Below are positions 29,401-44,400 of a stretch of 64,000 nucleotides of DNA, piece by piece; positions within the stretch are counted from its first letter, which is position 1, and each line of letters starts with the position of its first letter. Below the pieces are notes generated by a model that was given only the letters and a program-made list of their open reading frames with translations, did not search any database and was not told where the DNA came from. The translations under genes were made by a program, and so were the position numbers. Source of the DNA: Aplysia californica (taxonomy: Eukaryota); assembly GCF_000002075.1 (NCBI RefSeq), contig NW_004797277.1:1011812-1075811 (forward strand). Direction: 5' to 3'.

Positions 29401-32400
29401 NNNNNNNNNNNNNNNNNNNNNNNNNNNNNNNNNCCCAACCACCTCCTTTGCCAGCTCCTGTCTCTTTCTGCAGCCTTTCTACTGCTTCTCCTTGGCCCCT
29501 TCTCACTGCTGTCTTTCAGCCACACCCCTGATCTTATGGTAGGTAAGATCTACACCTAGCCTTCTCGGACAAGGGCTAAAAATCTCTACGTCCTGTGTGC
29601 AAGTTGCCCATGTTAAAGATCCCTAGGTGGTCTAAAATTGATAAGAGTAGGCTTCGGTTGTAACCCGAGCAAAATTCAAAATTTTTTACCAGCTGAAAAT
29701 GTTCGGTGTGTCCCGCGCGCTCATATGACCTGATGTAGATGCGAGCGCCATAAAGTACTTACAAAAAACAAAACAAAAACAACCAACTTTAAAACAACCA
29801 AAAACAAACTGTTGTCCAGACAATTGAAGAAACATAACAGTGCATTTCTTTCTTTAATTTGAATTCTGTTATTCCGCTTTGGGGCAGTATCACTCTGCTT
29901 ATATCAGAGATTGATAAAAGCAGTGTGTCATAGGTTAAATTAGTAAATCTTTCTAAAACTTTACCTGGATGCAAAAAAAATCTGCACAGCCCAACCTTGA
30001 GAACTCGTTTTCCCAGTTGAGGTTTTCCATCCTTGTCCACTGGGTTCAAGACAACAGCATACTGGCCTTTCTTCACCACAGTTATCTTCAAGGTGGCCAC
30101 TACTTCCTGTAGAAGAATGACTCAAAGACATGTAATTTAACGAGCTAACTAGGGACAGTAAATGATAAAAAAGATAAGTTATGGGTTAGAATCTGGACGT
30201 GTTCATGTATACAGTACAGCATGGATAGGTCGAACACAGAAGACTCGAAACCCCGCATCCGCCGAACTGTGCCAGCGGTCCCTTTTTTCTTCTTCTTTAT
30301 CTTTGTAAGAAAATTATGCCAAGCGTGAACACAAACACGGAATATTTGAACAAAATATGCCACCATAGAGGTCTAAAGTCAATTTCCTTTGAGGTGTACT
30401 TGATACAAAATAAAAATAATATTTTTTTTTTTCAAATAAAAAAAGGGTAAGTCAGTTAAATATCACCTTTCCCCCTCTACAAAAGCAGTCAGCTGTGCTA
30501 CAGTCGATCCTGTGTAAGACGGCCACACATTGTCAAGAAGAAAAGTGGCCGTATAAGACAGGTGGCCGTCTTAGGCAGGACTGATCAAAATGAAGAAAAC
30601 AAACTATTTATTTCTGAGGTCCCAACTGGAGGTGGTTGTATGCTTAGGACTGCCCTTGGGCTGATTAAAATGTGTTGTTGTTGTTTTATTTCTTTAGAAA
30701 GGGGTGAGAGGATAGGACATTTTTATGGGACTTTTTGTAGTTCGTTTTATATTTATTTTTAGATCATGGTTACGGAAAAGGTCAAAACAAAATGAAAAGT
30801 ATCAGAACAGGAAGGCCAAGTGTCATAGTAAAACAAATAAATGGGTCACCACCACTCGGTGAACGAGCAACTCTTCTGTCGTGACTTTGTGTCGACTTTC
30901 ATTGTTATAAACTTGGTTTACGGACTGAGTTGTGGACGGGCCTTATAGGTCATGACAGATCACACGCTTCCCTTACCAGCAGCGGAAAATTTATTATCAT
31001 CCATTGTCCAACTTGGGTAAACATAGGGAGTGACCTAAGCAACATGACTGTTTCATCCATTGGAGGGACTGACAACAACGACAAGAGAATGAATTATGAC
31101 GACTCGTCCACAAAGTCAGAGGAAAATGCTTAATTTTTGACAAGGTCTGGCCGTCTTAGGCAGGTAGATTGGGCCGTGGGTTGATATAATAGGGTGGCAG
31201 CAGCCGCGTTGGAAAGGTGCCCGTATGACATAGTTAAATTATATATAGAAAAAACACAAGGGGGGAAAAGGAAAGTGGCTGTTTGTACAGGTGGCCGTCT
31301 TATAAAGGTGGTCGTCATGGCAGGTTCGACTGTATTTTTAGTGTGTTGCTCAACACGCTTGCCTAGTCCCTAGGCCTAGCTAGGCTTGTGTGGAGCAGGC
31401 GAGAGAAAGAGTTGTGCATTACACAATTGGCCGCCCGACACCTCTTCGGAAAGGACTGCACCCTTGGCGGGAGAGGAGGGGTAGTAGGGTTGCATTGCTT
31501 CGTCATTGCGTTACTGATTACTGTTGTGATATGCTTATCCTATGAAACTTTATGTTTTGAAAAATTTGAAAAGGCACCGATCAGTTGGTGCAGACTAAAG
31601 ACCGCTCACACTGCCCAGCGCAATTAAACTGTCCTGGTACCGGTAGGCTCATTACCAATCAAACTAGATTATTACATCGGCAGGGGGGGGGGGGGGGGGG
31701 GTGATGCTGAAAACAAGTAAACCTAACATTTTGCCAGCCCAAAGGATTGTTTGATATTTTCAGGGATGAAAGTTAGGATGTTGAAGAACAAATTTTTGCA
31801 AAAATCTTAATTTCCATAGGATAGCCCAAAATGACCTTTGAGACGGCCCAATTCTCACATAAGCACAGTGACTTCCAAACAGTTTTCCCAGATCCCCCAC
31901 ACGTATTCTTTTATTTCATGCCCAGAAGTTCTGAGAACCCTAAAAAAAACTTAAATTCATATGTAAAACCACCAAAACACTTTCAGATATATTTACAAGT
32001 TCTCCAATAATGTCTTTTCTGTAGCTAAAACCAAGTACATGTCCTTGTACGCTTTTTTCATATCAGTGCACTATAATCACAGAATAAAACTGATGTTACA
32101 TACCACACCAATCTGGGTGGAGTACTCTGGTGAGGAGGCACTTGTCAGTAACCACTCATCTCCTGTTTTCCTGCACATAAGAAAGGGCTACGTTATCACA
32201 GATCAGATTCAGCAGAGATTTAATTGTTCGTTAGCTTAGGTAAAGAGAAGCACATGGATACAATAATGGTCATTTAGTGCTGGGGAAAAAGAAAGAGAGA
32301 CAGACAAAAATAACAGAGGTAAAGAAGTACGACCTACCAGTGACACCCTTTAACCACATGCTCAAAGATTTTAAAATTCTGAATCTCCAGTCTCTCAAGA

Positions 32401-35400
32401 AAAGAAGGAAAGTAAAACAATACATCTGTTCTCCAGATGTGGACACCTTATGCAATAAGAAGTACTAAGATTTAGTATTGGGTCCTCATACCCAACCCAG
32501 TGCATCCGCATGGGGTGGATAGGGGAAAGGCTTCCAGATATGGAGGTTAGCTGCTAAGCAGTCGCGAACCAAATGGGAGATGGTCGTGAAGAGTAGACGA
32601 GAACCCTGGTGGCAAGGGTACTTCAATAAATACCTCACACACTCGAAAAAGGGATCATCTTGGCAACAGGAGGTGCCATAAATCCTACCAAAGCCCCCAC
32701 TGCCTTGTGGGTTGTAAGTGGAAGACAAAGGCTGGCAGAGATAACTGTACACAAACCGGCAGTAGGCAACGAGAAACCACTGCTGTAATCTCCCAAGAAC
32801 AATCATGGAAAAGAACTTTCATTCTTAGATAACAGCGTTAAGGGGGTTCATGATCCAGCTCCGAACTCCACGCTCGGTAGGGACCGCCAGAGGCAGCAGG
32901 TAGCGCCCGATCGTCATGCAGCTACTGGATGCAAAAATAGACAACTTAACATAGCCACATGGAAAGTGAGAACAATGCACCAGAAAGGCAAATTAGAAAA
33001 TATAGAGCAGGAAATGGATAGGATCAAGCTAAATATGTTAAGCCTTTCAGAAGTTAGATGGGAGGGGGCAGGCTTGATTAAAAGAGGATAAAAAACAATT
33101 GTATACTCAGGAGGAAAAACCCATGAAAGAGGAGTCGGAATTATATTTGATGAAGCAACAGCAAAGAGCATCAAAGGTTTTTGGGGAGTGTCAGATAGAG
33201 TCATTGTGGCTAAATTAGAAGGAAAACCGTTTGACATAGGTGTCATCCAAATATATGCACCAACGTCAGAGCACGACAACAAGGAAATTGATACTTTTTA
33301 TGAAGACCTTGAAAAGGCAATGAAACAGTTAAAATCACAAGATGTAAAGGTAGTCACGGAGGACTTTAATGCCAAAGTAGGAAGTACACGTATAGAAGAA
33401 GAAATAGTTGTGCCATGGGGACTGGGTAAAGAGAATGAATGTGGGGAATGACTGATAGAATGGTGAAGAGAAAATAGTTTTATGATATCAAACACCTGGT
33501 AAGAAAATCACCCAAGAAGACGATACACTTGGAAGAGTCCTGGTGATAGAAATAGAAATCAAATAGACTTCATACTTATTCAGAAACGTTTTAGAAATGC
33601 AATTAAATCGTCTAAATCACTACCAGGAGCAGACTGTGATAGTGACCACGCACCAGTCATGTGTAAAATGCAGATGAGACTGAAGACTGAGATGAGATGA
33701 GATAACATTTTATTGTCCCTATGGGACACAACTGACACAAGCTAAATATTGATTAACAGGCAGACTGTTAACAATAGTTCTTAGGAATTTCTCTTTTCTG
33801 CAATTTTTAACATCTCAATACATACCTGGGCTTACCAAGCAGGTCAACAATGTTTTGGGTTGCTTTCAAGTGTAATGCTGTATCATGGGTTAAGGTAACC
33901 ACTTTGTCCAAAATAACAGGCTGAGGATACAAAAGTAGCAAAAAAACATCAAAGGACATTCCTTACATGAAACAGAACTGATAAACAAAGCTCATATATT
34001 TTTACTTTCACATTTATTTTCTACATTCTGAACTGAGCAACATGGAGTTCAAAACTCTTTGATAAATCCTAAGATTCAATCAGAACTATATCCATTTATC
34101 AAGGATCCAGAAATAAATCCCTATTAATCAGTTAGGAATGAAAGAGACAAACGTGGTAGTTAGAACAAATAAATTTTGTGCATCAATTTTCTTTCACAAA
34201 TTCCATCTTAACCAACTATGATTCATCATCAATTTTTTTTTATGTGAGAAATTCTGTTCAGAGTGTGACAAACAAATTTTGATCCCCTTTTCAGCTTACA
34301 CATGTATTACATTACAATATTCAATATCAGTATATTAGCCCAAAATAATTTTCAAGCTATAGCTCTCATTAACACTGTACTGTCGCATAGTCAGCAGTAC
34401 AAAATATCCTATCTGGTCACCCAGCCAGAAGAGTGACTGCAATGGACTTCTCGAGCCTGTCACAGAACTACGTCAAGTGACCGGAGCAGATAATTGTCAC
34501 CATCACATTATTGTGGCGAGTGACCGCAAAGTGTTAATGAATAAAATAAATTTTATAAACAAACAACCCCCACCCAAAAAACCCAAATTAAGAGCATGTT
34601 TAAAAATTTCTGTTTTTATAAATGTCAGCCTAAACAGCAACCGTAATGTAATTTCTTATCACAAAAAAAAAGGCTGCATGTTACAACCTTTGTGTAATCT
34701 ACAAAAGGGAAACTCAAATAAATTTTGTATATTAACACTTTGCAGTCACTTGGCGAAATAATGCGCCGGTGAAAATTGTCCGTTCAAGTCACCTGACACA
34801 CTTCTGCACCAGGCCCGAGAAGTCCGTAGTCACTCTCCTGGCTGGGTGACCAATGGGGTATTTTGTACTGCTGGCTGAGTAACTGCAAAGTGTCAAATAG
34901 GAAATTGGTACAACATCATTACCTCTTCAAAAACACCTGGTAGGTAAGCTCCTGGCTCCTTGACAAGCCACTCCTCTCCTGTCACTCTCTGCCTGGTGAA
35001 ATAAACCAGTCAATGAAACATTATCAAGATAACACTCATTCCTATTCAATAAACTTCTTTGTATCCAAACAGTTCTCTGTGTCTTTTGCCTGCTAACCTC
35101 TTCCTCTTTTAAACTGATTCCTTGTCTGAACAAAGACTAAAACCATTGTAAATAACACTTTGAAATGGGAAGACACAGAGATATATGTGAGGCAGCATGG
35201 TGAAATGATCAGTCAAAATAACAAAATCGGAAAAAAAGCCATTTTTCCGCCAGTTTGGAAATTTTCATCCACTTTTTATTTTTAGGCTTAACCTCTTTTA
35301 CGTCCATATAAAAACATATTTCCAAGTGATTTTACTAAAAAATGTTGATTAAAGGCACAAAATATGTCATTGTTCAGCTTTCAAAGACTCTTTAGCAATC

Positions 35401-38400
35401 AAAGTTACTAAATTTTGGCAGCCATTTTCTCTCTGATTTCACGACTGAAATCAGGCGATCTCACTTCATTCAATCGCAGATATCTTAAGTTCTATTCAAG
35501 ATAAATGGATATTTATTTTATAGGAAGTAAAGCAAATTCATCAGCTTTCAGATGATACCAATAACTCCATATGCCCAAAAATTGACGAGCGCCAGATTCC
35601 ACCGTGTCGTGACACATATATTGTACAAACACACACCTTTAAATCAAAAGACCTTTCACACATTAAAACAAACATAGCACATCAACTAGCCTTCTTGGAT
35701 TAGGATGAAAAAAATCTTGGAGGTCTCGTGTGCAAGTTGCCTATGTTAAAGATCCCTTGGTGGTCCTAATATCAATAAGAGTCACCTGGGCAAAATTCAA
35801 AATTAATTCCAACCAAACTGAAAATGCTTAAGTTAATGTGTCTCCTGCGCTCATATGATCTTATGCAGTTGCGAGTGCCGTAATATACTCACCAGATAAA
35901 AATATAATTCAAATGGCCCTATGTTACCCGAACTTTTGGTCCATATCCATTCTTTTATTAATGATTTCATTTCACACTCTTTAAAAGTGATCACTCGATG
36001 GTCTTCGTAGAATTCGTAGAATTCTTTGAAACATTCTAGTGAGTTTCCAAATCTATTTTCATCCCTGATGAGATTTTTGCTTTTTTTTATTCATTCATTT
36101 CTTTTTTTTTTTCAATGTTTTTGACAGGTACATCTTGCTTTCATATGTTTACACTTCGCAACTTTGCCGGTTCGAGTCCAGAAAATAGTTGAGATGCCTG
36201 GGTATGTTTTCTGAAGACTAAATCAGATCCTTTCTTACAGCAATAGGATGTACCATCAGCGTATATTTTAAATGGCAGTCAAATTCATCATATCGTGGAA
36301 TGCATTAATAAACAGCAGCATCCCTTGACAAAGATAATTCAAAACCAAAAAATGATCTTACTTTAGTAACAAGCAGACCGAAAGGGTCTGTCAGTATTCA
36401 GGAATGTCACTTACTTTCCAGACGCATCAATCGTTCCTTGGGTAGCTTTCAGCTTCAAAACTTGTCCCTTTTTAATGATTTTGGGGGCATCAATCCCCTC
36501 AATAGCCTGAAAAATGTAAGAAAATTGATATAAATCAACTTACCAAAAGTGTGCCATAAACATTGATATATTGTGCCACTTGAATAATGACCTGAATGGG
36601 TTTTTATTAGAACTACACTCATCAAACTAACAATCTCCCCCCCTCCCCCACCCTTTCCATCTTCTGTTTTTCGAGCATGGTCACAGAACGTTTGATTTTA
36701 TCTGGTTTCCCTCACCACCACTTTGCCTTCTTCAGCAAAATATTTTCAGCAGTACCTTCACTTCAATACTTTCATCTCGGACCATGAATAGCGAAACCTG
36801 AACATAAGACCCAATATTCATGGACATTTACAAGAACGTAATATCACACAAGTACCAACATACCACTTCAGGTCTTGGTTTGTAGGTCATGGGGCCTTTC
36901 AGCTGCCATATGTCTCCTGCATTTCTGAAAGTCCCACTGTCGTCATGATCCAAAATGGCCCGTAGTCTGATCCCATGGTTTTCAGGGACAACTGGTAGGC
37001 TTTTGACCGCTGCGCTATAGTTTGTTAACCCCCGAGCAAAATCAGGAGCAGCTTTCAGCCACTCACCAGGATAGAGTGGGAAAGGTTTCTGTAATCGCAG
37101 AATGATACATGAAATCAGTATGTCTTACAATGACATTTCAATGAAGAAAACGAGCAACAGATATTTTTTTCATATACAAACTTGCCAATATATATATGGT
37201 TCTTTTCGTCTATGCAGACGGTCAATTTAGCTTAATATGGTCTCAAGGTTTTCTTCAGGCAGCTTCTTTCATGGCTAATTCTTCCTATGTTTGAAGCGCA
37301 GANNNNNNNNNNNNNNNNNNNNNNNNNNNNNNNNNNNNNNNNNNNNNNNNNNNNNNNNNNNNNNNNNNNNNNNNNNNNNNNNNNNNNNNNNNNNNNNNNN
37401 NNNNNNNNNNNNNNNNNNNNNNNNNNNNNNNNNNNNNNNNNNNNNNNNNNNNNNNNNNNNNNNNNNNNNNNNNNNNNNNNNNNNNNNNNNNNNNNNNNNN
37501 NNNNNNNNNNNNNNNNNNNNNNNNNNNNNNNNNNNNNNNNNNNNNNNNNNNNNNNNNNNNNNNNNNNNNNNNNNNNNNNNNNNNNNNNNNNNNNNNNNNN
37601 NNNNNNNNNNNNNNNNNNNNNNNNNNNNNNNNNNNNNNNNNNNNNNNNNNNNNNNNNNNNNNNNNNNNNNNNNNNNNNNNNNNNNNNNNNNNNNNNNNNN
37701 NNNNNNNNNNNNNNNNNNNNNNNNNNNNNNNNNNNNNNNNNNNNNNNNNNNNNNNNNNNNNNNNNNNNNNNNNNNNNNNNNNNNNNNNNNNNNNNNAGAA
37801 CTTGTCCACTGTCCCAAGTTCCTGGTCGTTCAGCCATATATGGCTCTGCTCTGCACCTTCTTGGGTAAGGATGACCGTTTTCTTAACACTGATGACCAAG
37901 CTAAAGACCTTGCATGCTGTTGATAGGTAATAGATAGGTAATTGACTTACCAATAGGTTTCAGATTTATGGTGGTGATGATTTTAAAAAAATAAATTCTA
38001 AGGTAGGCAGTGCAATTTCAGGACTTTACTTTATCATATTAAATTAACTTTTTTTCTCAATAGTGTAAAAAGATCAGCACGTATACACATCTTAGTAAGG
38101 CAACTAAGCAAATTTATAAACAGAACATCTAGGAAGCTCAAAACTAGGAAAATGCACTTACGCCATGGAATTTGATCTTCGTCTGACCTAGTAAAAGCTC
38201 ACACTTTTCTCCATGAACATAAGCTCTATGAGGAAAGAAAGCAAAAATACAATTTGAAATAAGATTTTTTTTTAAAGCAAAACACGTACATGCTATGAGG
38301 ACATGGATAAAGGGACATAAATGCCTACACTCAAAAGTTTGTCTATTACTCTTAAAAACTATAAAGTAAACCAGCATCGACGATGTAATGTAAGTTCTTC

Positions 38401-41400
38401 ATTTTCAGGGAAAATAACAAAAGTAATCTCTAGGGGGAGATATATCTTATCAAGTATTTCCATTTGTTCGCTAGAATGTACGCTGCCGGGACTGAGTAGG
38501 CACTGATGGGAAGAGTCAAAATAGCCTGCCTCTTATTTTTAAATGATAAAAACTTTGATGACAGGGATATTTTAAAAAAAAACCCCCCATTTAACCCTTT
38601 ATATGTTATGAAACATTTAATGAAATTCTATTTTAGGCATACAGCAGACCCCAATGAGGTGCAAAAGTTCTTAATTTAAGTTTAAGAATAGATTAAAATC
38701 TGAAAAAATATGTCGCCGAGTTTCCATCCACACATGATGCCAAAAACCAAGTAAGCTGCTATCCACTAAAGACTCATTACTATTGACAGTTTTACATCGT
38801 ATTCTGAAATAGTAGGCCTACTGACAGTGCACCACCTTAAAAACCTTCTGAAACAACTACACTTTTAAAGATTTATATCTTTTTCTCTGCTATCCAAAGT
38901 CATCATCACATTCACTGAGACAACTCGTTATGGGCACAATAAGATGCTGGGAGTTGGACCATCAGTCCTCATACCCTTCATGTTCCCTAGACTCATTATT
39001 CTCATTTTTATCTAGCACCTACTCTTCTTTCTCATCACTGATATAATTTTATCTATTTCAGTGTAACTGTCGGACACTTTGCCACGGCACACAGAAGACA
39101 TGTATAATTCTAGGGTGGGGAGAATTTTTTTGAGCACCTCAGTCTTTCTGCTGGGATGTTGCATCCCCCTAAGCATGGGTAGGCTGAAGCCTGCCTCCAA
39201 AATTATCTACCTGTGTTGATGAGGGTGTAAAAACAAAAACACCTACAGAAACTAAAAACCCAAAAAAATGAATTTAACATACATGCAAGCTGTCCCCTTG
39301 TCATGAATACTCACTTCACTGGGTCACTGATTTCACAATAAGACCCTGGAGGAATGACAATCATGGGCATTGGCCCAGTGATTAGCTTTTCATTAGTCTT
39401 CAGGAGCAGAGTTTGAGGACCAACTTCCAACCGCATCAGGTTTTTATTCTGACAAAAAAAAGGCAACAGGTCAGAATATATTGCTTTTCTTGTCACATAA
39501 ATATTTCTGAGTTTCAACACAACAACTCATAACAAAGACTTGATATGGAATGACTGGGATTTCATGAAATTTTTATTACTGTAAACAACCAAGCTATATG
39601 CTGAGTGCCAATTCGATAGGCACACCTGGCAAAATCGTAGGCCTACTGACAGTGCACCACCTTAATAACTGGCACACTATACACTTAGAGTTAAAAGAGT
39701 TACTAACTCCTAGCTGGTATTATTTATAATGACAATGTGGCTTAATTTATTCTCAAGTCACAGCGGCAGGCATTGTTTTGTTTGTGAATTAGGCCAATAT
39801 CAGATTATTTTATGCAAGATGCTATGAGCGAAAGGAAAGCATTCTATTGCATCTATTGTGACTCTGTGGGAATAAAACCCCTGCTACTTCCTTCTCTTTC
39901 ATCTTGAGACTATCCAATTTACATTTCTATTGGAAGAAATTTTCTGTTTTAAAAAGTTTTCATGTTTTAAAGCTAGTCTCCGTTGAGGTCACATGATCCC
40001 TCAAGCAGGCACCCTGATTCTCAAAAGAGGTTGAACATTTTTTTCTTCCCATTGTCTTAGTAAATTTTATAGCCTATATTATATACACTTAGGACTTTGG
40101 TTCTCTCCAATCTTCCATGTAGTACCCTAGCCATCTGAGCCTGCTTTCCATAAGTTGTCACTGGCCTTCCTATTTGATGCGTTCAAAATCTTGCTTTGCC
40201 AGGTTACCAATTAGGCCTACAAAATTTTATTAAAGGCTATTACATGTACAGGTTGACCGGACAGGTTCTAGGCAAGATGAAATCGAGGAAACTTAGTTCA
40301 TTATTACACGCCACAATTGACCTGAAGGCGGCCGCACCTCGCGAGCAACATATTCTACACACTAGGCCTAGTCTGGGTGAAACTTCACACATGTGTACAC
40401 CATGGCGCGCAAAACATAAAAATTGTGCAGGAACGGAAAAAGTGCAAAAAACGAAACAAGTCATTCACCAGCCATTTCCTTAATTTTGATATGCTGATTC
40501 TGAATCTGGCATTATTTTTTTTATCTACGACATGATTTTCTATAATTTTGAAATTAGTTCTGTTGTCCCTGGCGCAGCAAACTTCAAAGACAGTCAGCAC
40601 TCCCCTCAGGCCAGATGGCCGGACGTCAAATTCACAGGCAGCGGCTGTGAGTTCTTTACATCCGGCCGGCCGGCTATTCGCTGAGTGTCTGCCTACAGTT
40701 TGAGTTTGAGCTGCATTTCTTATTACACGTTACGATTGGCCGTACGTCCAGAAACCTGTCCGGTCGGCCTGTACGTGTAATAGGCCCTTTAAAGTGAAAA
40801 ATATTGAACTTTTTCTACTGTTGCCATCTGTATGAACTTGAAATCTGTTCTTCTTGCGTCTTCAATTCCGGCATCTGTCATCTACTTCCAGACAGTGGAA
40901 CATAAGTATCTAGCGAAAAGACATACTCACAAATAACAACATGGCATTGATTCCTACCATAGCCTGATAGAACGAGCACCAAAAGGGTGTTCCTGTCTTC
41001 CTGCCAGTGAACTACATTAGCATTATGGGCAAAGCCAGGCGCAACCCTAGACTCTTTGAGGTCAATACCTTGATCACACATTTTTTAAGGATTATTCCAA
41101 ACGAGGATCAATCAAAAGTGGGAGAGGGGACAAACATGTGGTGGACATTTGTTGTCTTAAGTATATCCTTATCGGAACAGATTCTTCAAGCTGACATTTG
41201 ATGAGGGGTTTGAAGAATCATCCTCGAGAAAGTGAGTATACATGAGGAAGTAACTACTGAAAAACCTGGACCTCTTTAACACAGAGGCCTTGTACTTGTA
41301 GATCACAGACGTGAAATTTAAACACCTCCACGGACAAAAAACCGCTACCCCTAAAGACTATCATCTATTCTATAATTTGTGAATTTTAAAAATCGTTTCA

Positions 41401-44400
41401 ACTGCATCTGAGAGAGAAAGGAGGAGGACGATGAGNNNNNNNNNNNNNNNNNNNNNNNNNNNNNNNNNNNNNNNNNNNNNNNNNNNNNNNNNNNNNNNNN
41501 NNNNNNNNNNNNNNNNNNNNNNNNNNNNNNNNNNNNNNNNNNNNNNNNNNNNNNNNNNNNNNNNNNNNNNNNNNNNNNNNNNNNNNNNNNNNNNNNNNNN
41601 NNNNNNNNNNNNNNNNNNNNNNNNNNNNNNNNNNNNNNNNNNNNNNNNNNNNNNNNNNNNNNNNNNNNNNNNNNNNNNNNNNNNNNNNNNNNNNNNNNNN
41701 NNNNNNNNNNNNNNNNNNNNNNNNNNNNNNNNNNNNNNNNNATATATATAGAGAGAGAGAGAGAGAGAGTGAGAGAGAAAAAAAGAAGTGTATTTCGGAA
41801 TACACAAAGAGGAAGACATATTGAATGCATGAAGAGGGAGAGGGGGTAGAGGTAGAGAGACTGAGAGTGAGAGAGAGACGGAGGAAGAGAGTGAGACAGC
41901 AAGGGAGAGAGTGAGAGACAGTGAGAGAGAGAGAGTTTCTGAATGAAAAAAGACAGACAGAGAGAAAATGAATATATGTGTGTGTTTGACAGATAGAGAG
42001 AGACGGAGAGAACAAGAGAGAAACTCACATACACACAACACACACACATACACACACACACAAACAAGATACAAACACACACACATACACAAACACATAC
42101 ACAAGCAGTCATCAATGATTCACAACAAAACCACCAAAGCGACATAAGCTGACGACAACCGATTCAGACCCGTTGTGCACGGACCTCGTATGCAACACAC
42201 TTGGCTCTTATGGGTTCGGTGGACAATGATAACCTCGAGCAGAAGCTTCGTAAGTCCTGTATCTTTGTATTATAATTTTACAATTTCAAAGAGTGTCACG
42301 ACGTGATAGAAGGAGGTGGGGTCGCCCTGTTTCAGAGGTAAAATTAGCGAGAAAATGGCCGCCAAAGTTTAACAATTTCAATAGATTGAGAGTCCCTGAA
42401 AATGATAAAATTACATTTGTACCTTTAATAAATTAATCAATGTTTTTTTGAGAAATTCAAATGGAAATGTGTTTTTATATATGGACACGAAAGGTATCGA
42501 GTCAAAAAAAATGAAAATTCAATAAAAGTTTCCAGACTGGTGGAAAAGAGCCTTCAATTCCATTATAATTTTGACAAGCGCCTGATTTCACCACGCAGCC
42601 TCACATAATGTGTAAAAAGGTGAACAATCATATTTTATATGTATGTAAAAGTAAAAAGGTTTTCTAAAATATTAAGAAATAAAGGATATAATCAGTTTTT
42701 TGCTTTTCCTGTAAAATTTTGTCTGTGGCGCTTATATGGGGTTTGTGCACAACGTCAACGATTTTTAAAAAGTCACTCAGCTGATAGTGAAATCTTAAAG
42801 AAGCAACATAGCGATGATTATAAATAGTCGTAAAGGTATCGAGTCAAAAAAAATGAAAATTCAATGAAAGTTTCCAGACTGGTGGAAAAGAGCCTTCAAT
42901 TCCATTATAATTTTGACAAGCGCCTGATTTCACCACGCAGCCTCACATAATGTGTAAAAAGGTGAACAATCATATTTTATATGTATGTAAAAGTAAAAAG
43001 GTTTTCTAAAATATTAAGAAATAAAGGATATAATCAGTTTTTTGCTTTTCCTGTAAAATTTTGTCTGTGGCGCTTATAGGGGGTTTGTGCACGACGCCAA
43101 CGATTTTTAAAAAGTCACTCAGCAGATAGTGAAATCTTAAAGAAGCAACATAGCGATGATTATAAAAATAGTCGTAAAGAAAAACTGAGGTCAAGACAAG
43201 AGATCTACCTCTGCCTCTTGATTCAAAGCCCTACCCCCAGAAACATAATTATGATAATATATCACCTTACAGTTTCTGTTTCTGACTTTGAAAGAAAAAA
43301 GTAAATTAATAACAGTCGAAATTGGCCAAGATGGCCTCTTACTGTTGAGGAGAAAATTGGTGGTCTTCGACAGGTGGACGACTTAGCGAAGGCGACATAG
43401 GGAAAAAATGCAAGGGGCAAGTAGCAATTTAACTGGTCAGGTGTAAAAATGTGAGTCTTGGACAGCGATGGGCCTCTAGGCAGATTTGACAGTGAACATT
43501 TTTTAGAGCGAAGTGACTATTAATAGACAAAAATTATATTCGGACTCTGAATTGAGTTCAGCGTGACGTCCGTTCCGACTTCCGACCCTTGTTCCTAAAT
43601 ATTCCGGCCAGCATTTATGAACATTTTTTCGATTATAATTTGATAATTATAATGAAGACTTGAGCTTTAATATCCATTTACTAGATCTATCTACACTGGC
43701 CTTCCCCGCATCATTAGTAAGAACAAAATTAAGTTGAGCTGACCTTGCCGGGGGCAAAGTTAATTAAATGTCGACCAATGAGATTGCGCGTAGCGATCTC
43801 ACCGTGATCTCGACTTGCTGGGGGAAGATGTGTTTGGGAAGAGGCCGCAGCTGTCGATTTTGTGCGATGATTTTTTTTTTTTTTTTAAAAGAAAAGAAAA
43901 ACTATAACACATAAAACAAAATTAAATTAAACATGTGGAAAGACAACTGGTGGTGGAAGTACGATGATGCTGTATGTAATGTAGTGGAGGTGGAAAGACC
44001 GTGAGACCTAAGTTTGTCAGTTAAGCCTACCCTTGACACTGCTATTGGGTAGATCTAATAATGAATGAGAGTGCAGTCTTGTGACTTTTGACACAATACA
44101 ATTACGCAGTCCTAAATAGGCAATTCTAGATCTAAAAAACATTCTATATTCTTTTTGGACCGGAGTCCGACTCTAAAAACCCATTTCGGACTCAAGGTCC
44201 GAATTGAATATAGATCTAGATTCTAGATAAAAATTATATTCGAGTCCGAATAGAGCTGGAGAGAGCTGGTCGTGGCAGTCTAAATTCTATTTTTAAACGT
44301 GGTACCATGACTTGTCCCACACTTCAACAAAAGTAGATCTAGATTCTAGATTTAGATTTCTAGTGGGCTACAATAAAAGTACGCAAATCGCAACAAGAGA

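Noticed and set aside
38812-39665. Identical 29-bp sequence on both sides of MVP exon 2
   Set aside because: Ends in CACCACCTTAA like a TTAA-transposon terminus; more simply explained as repeat remnants than as a splicing element.
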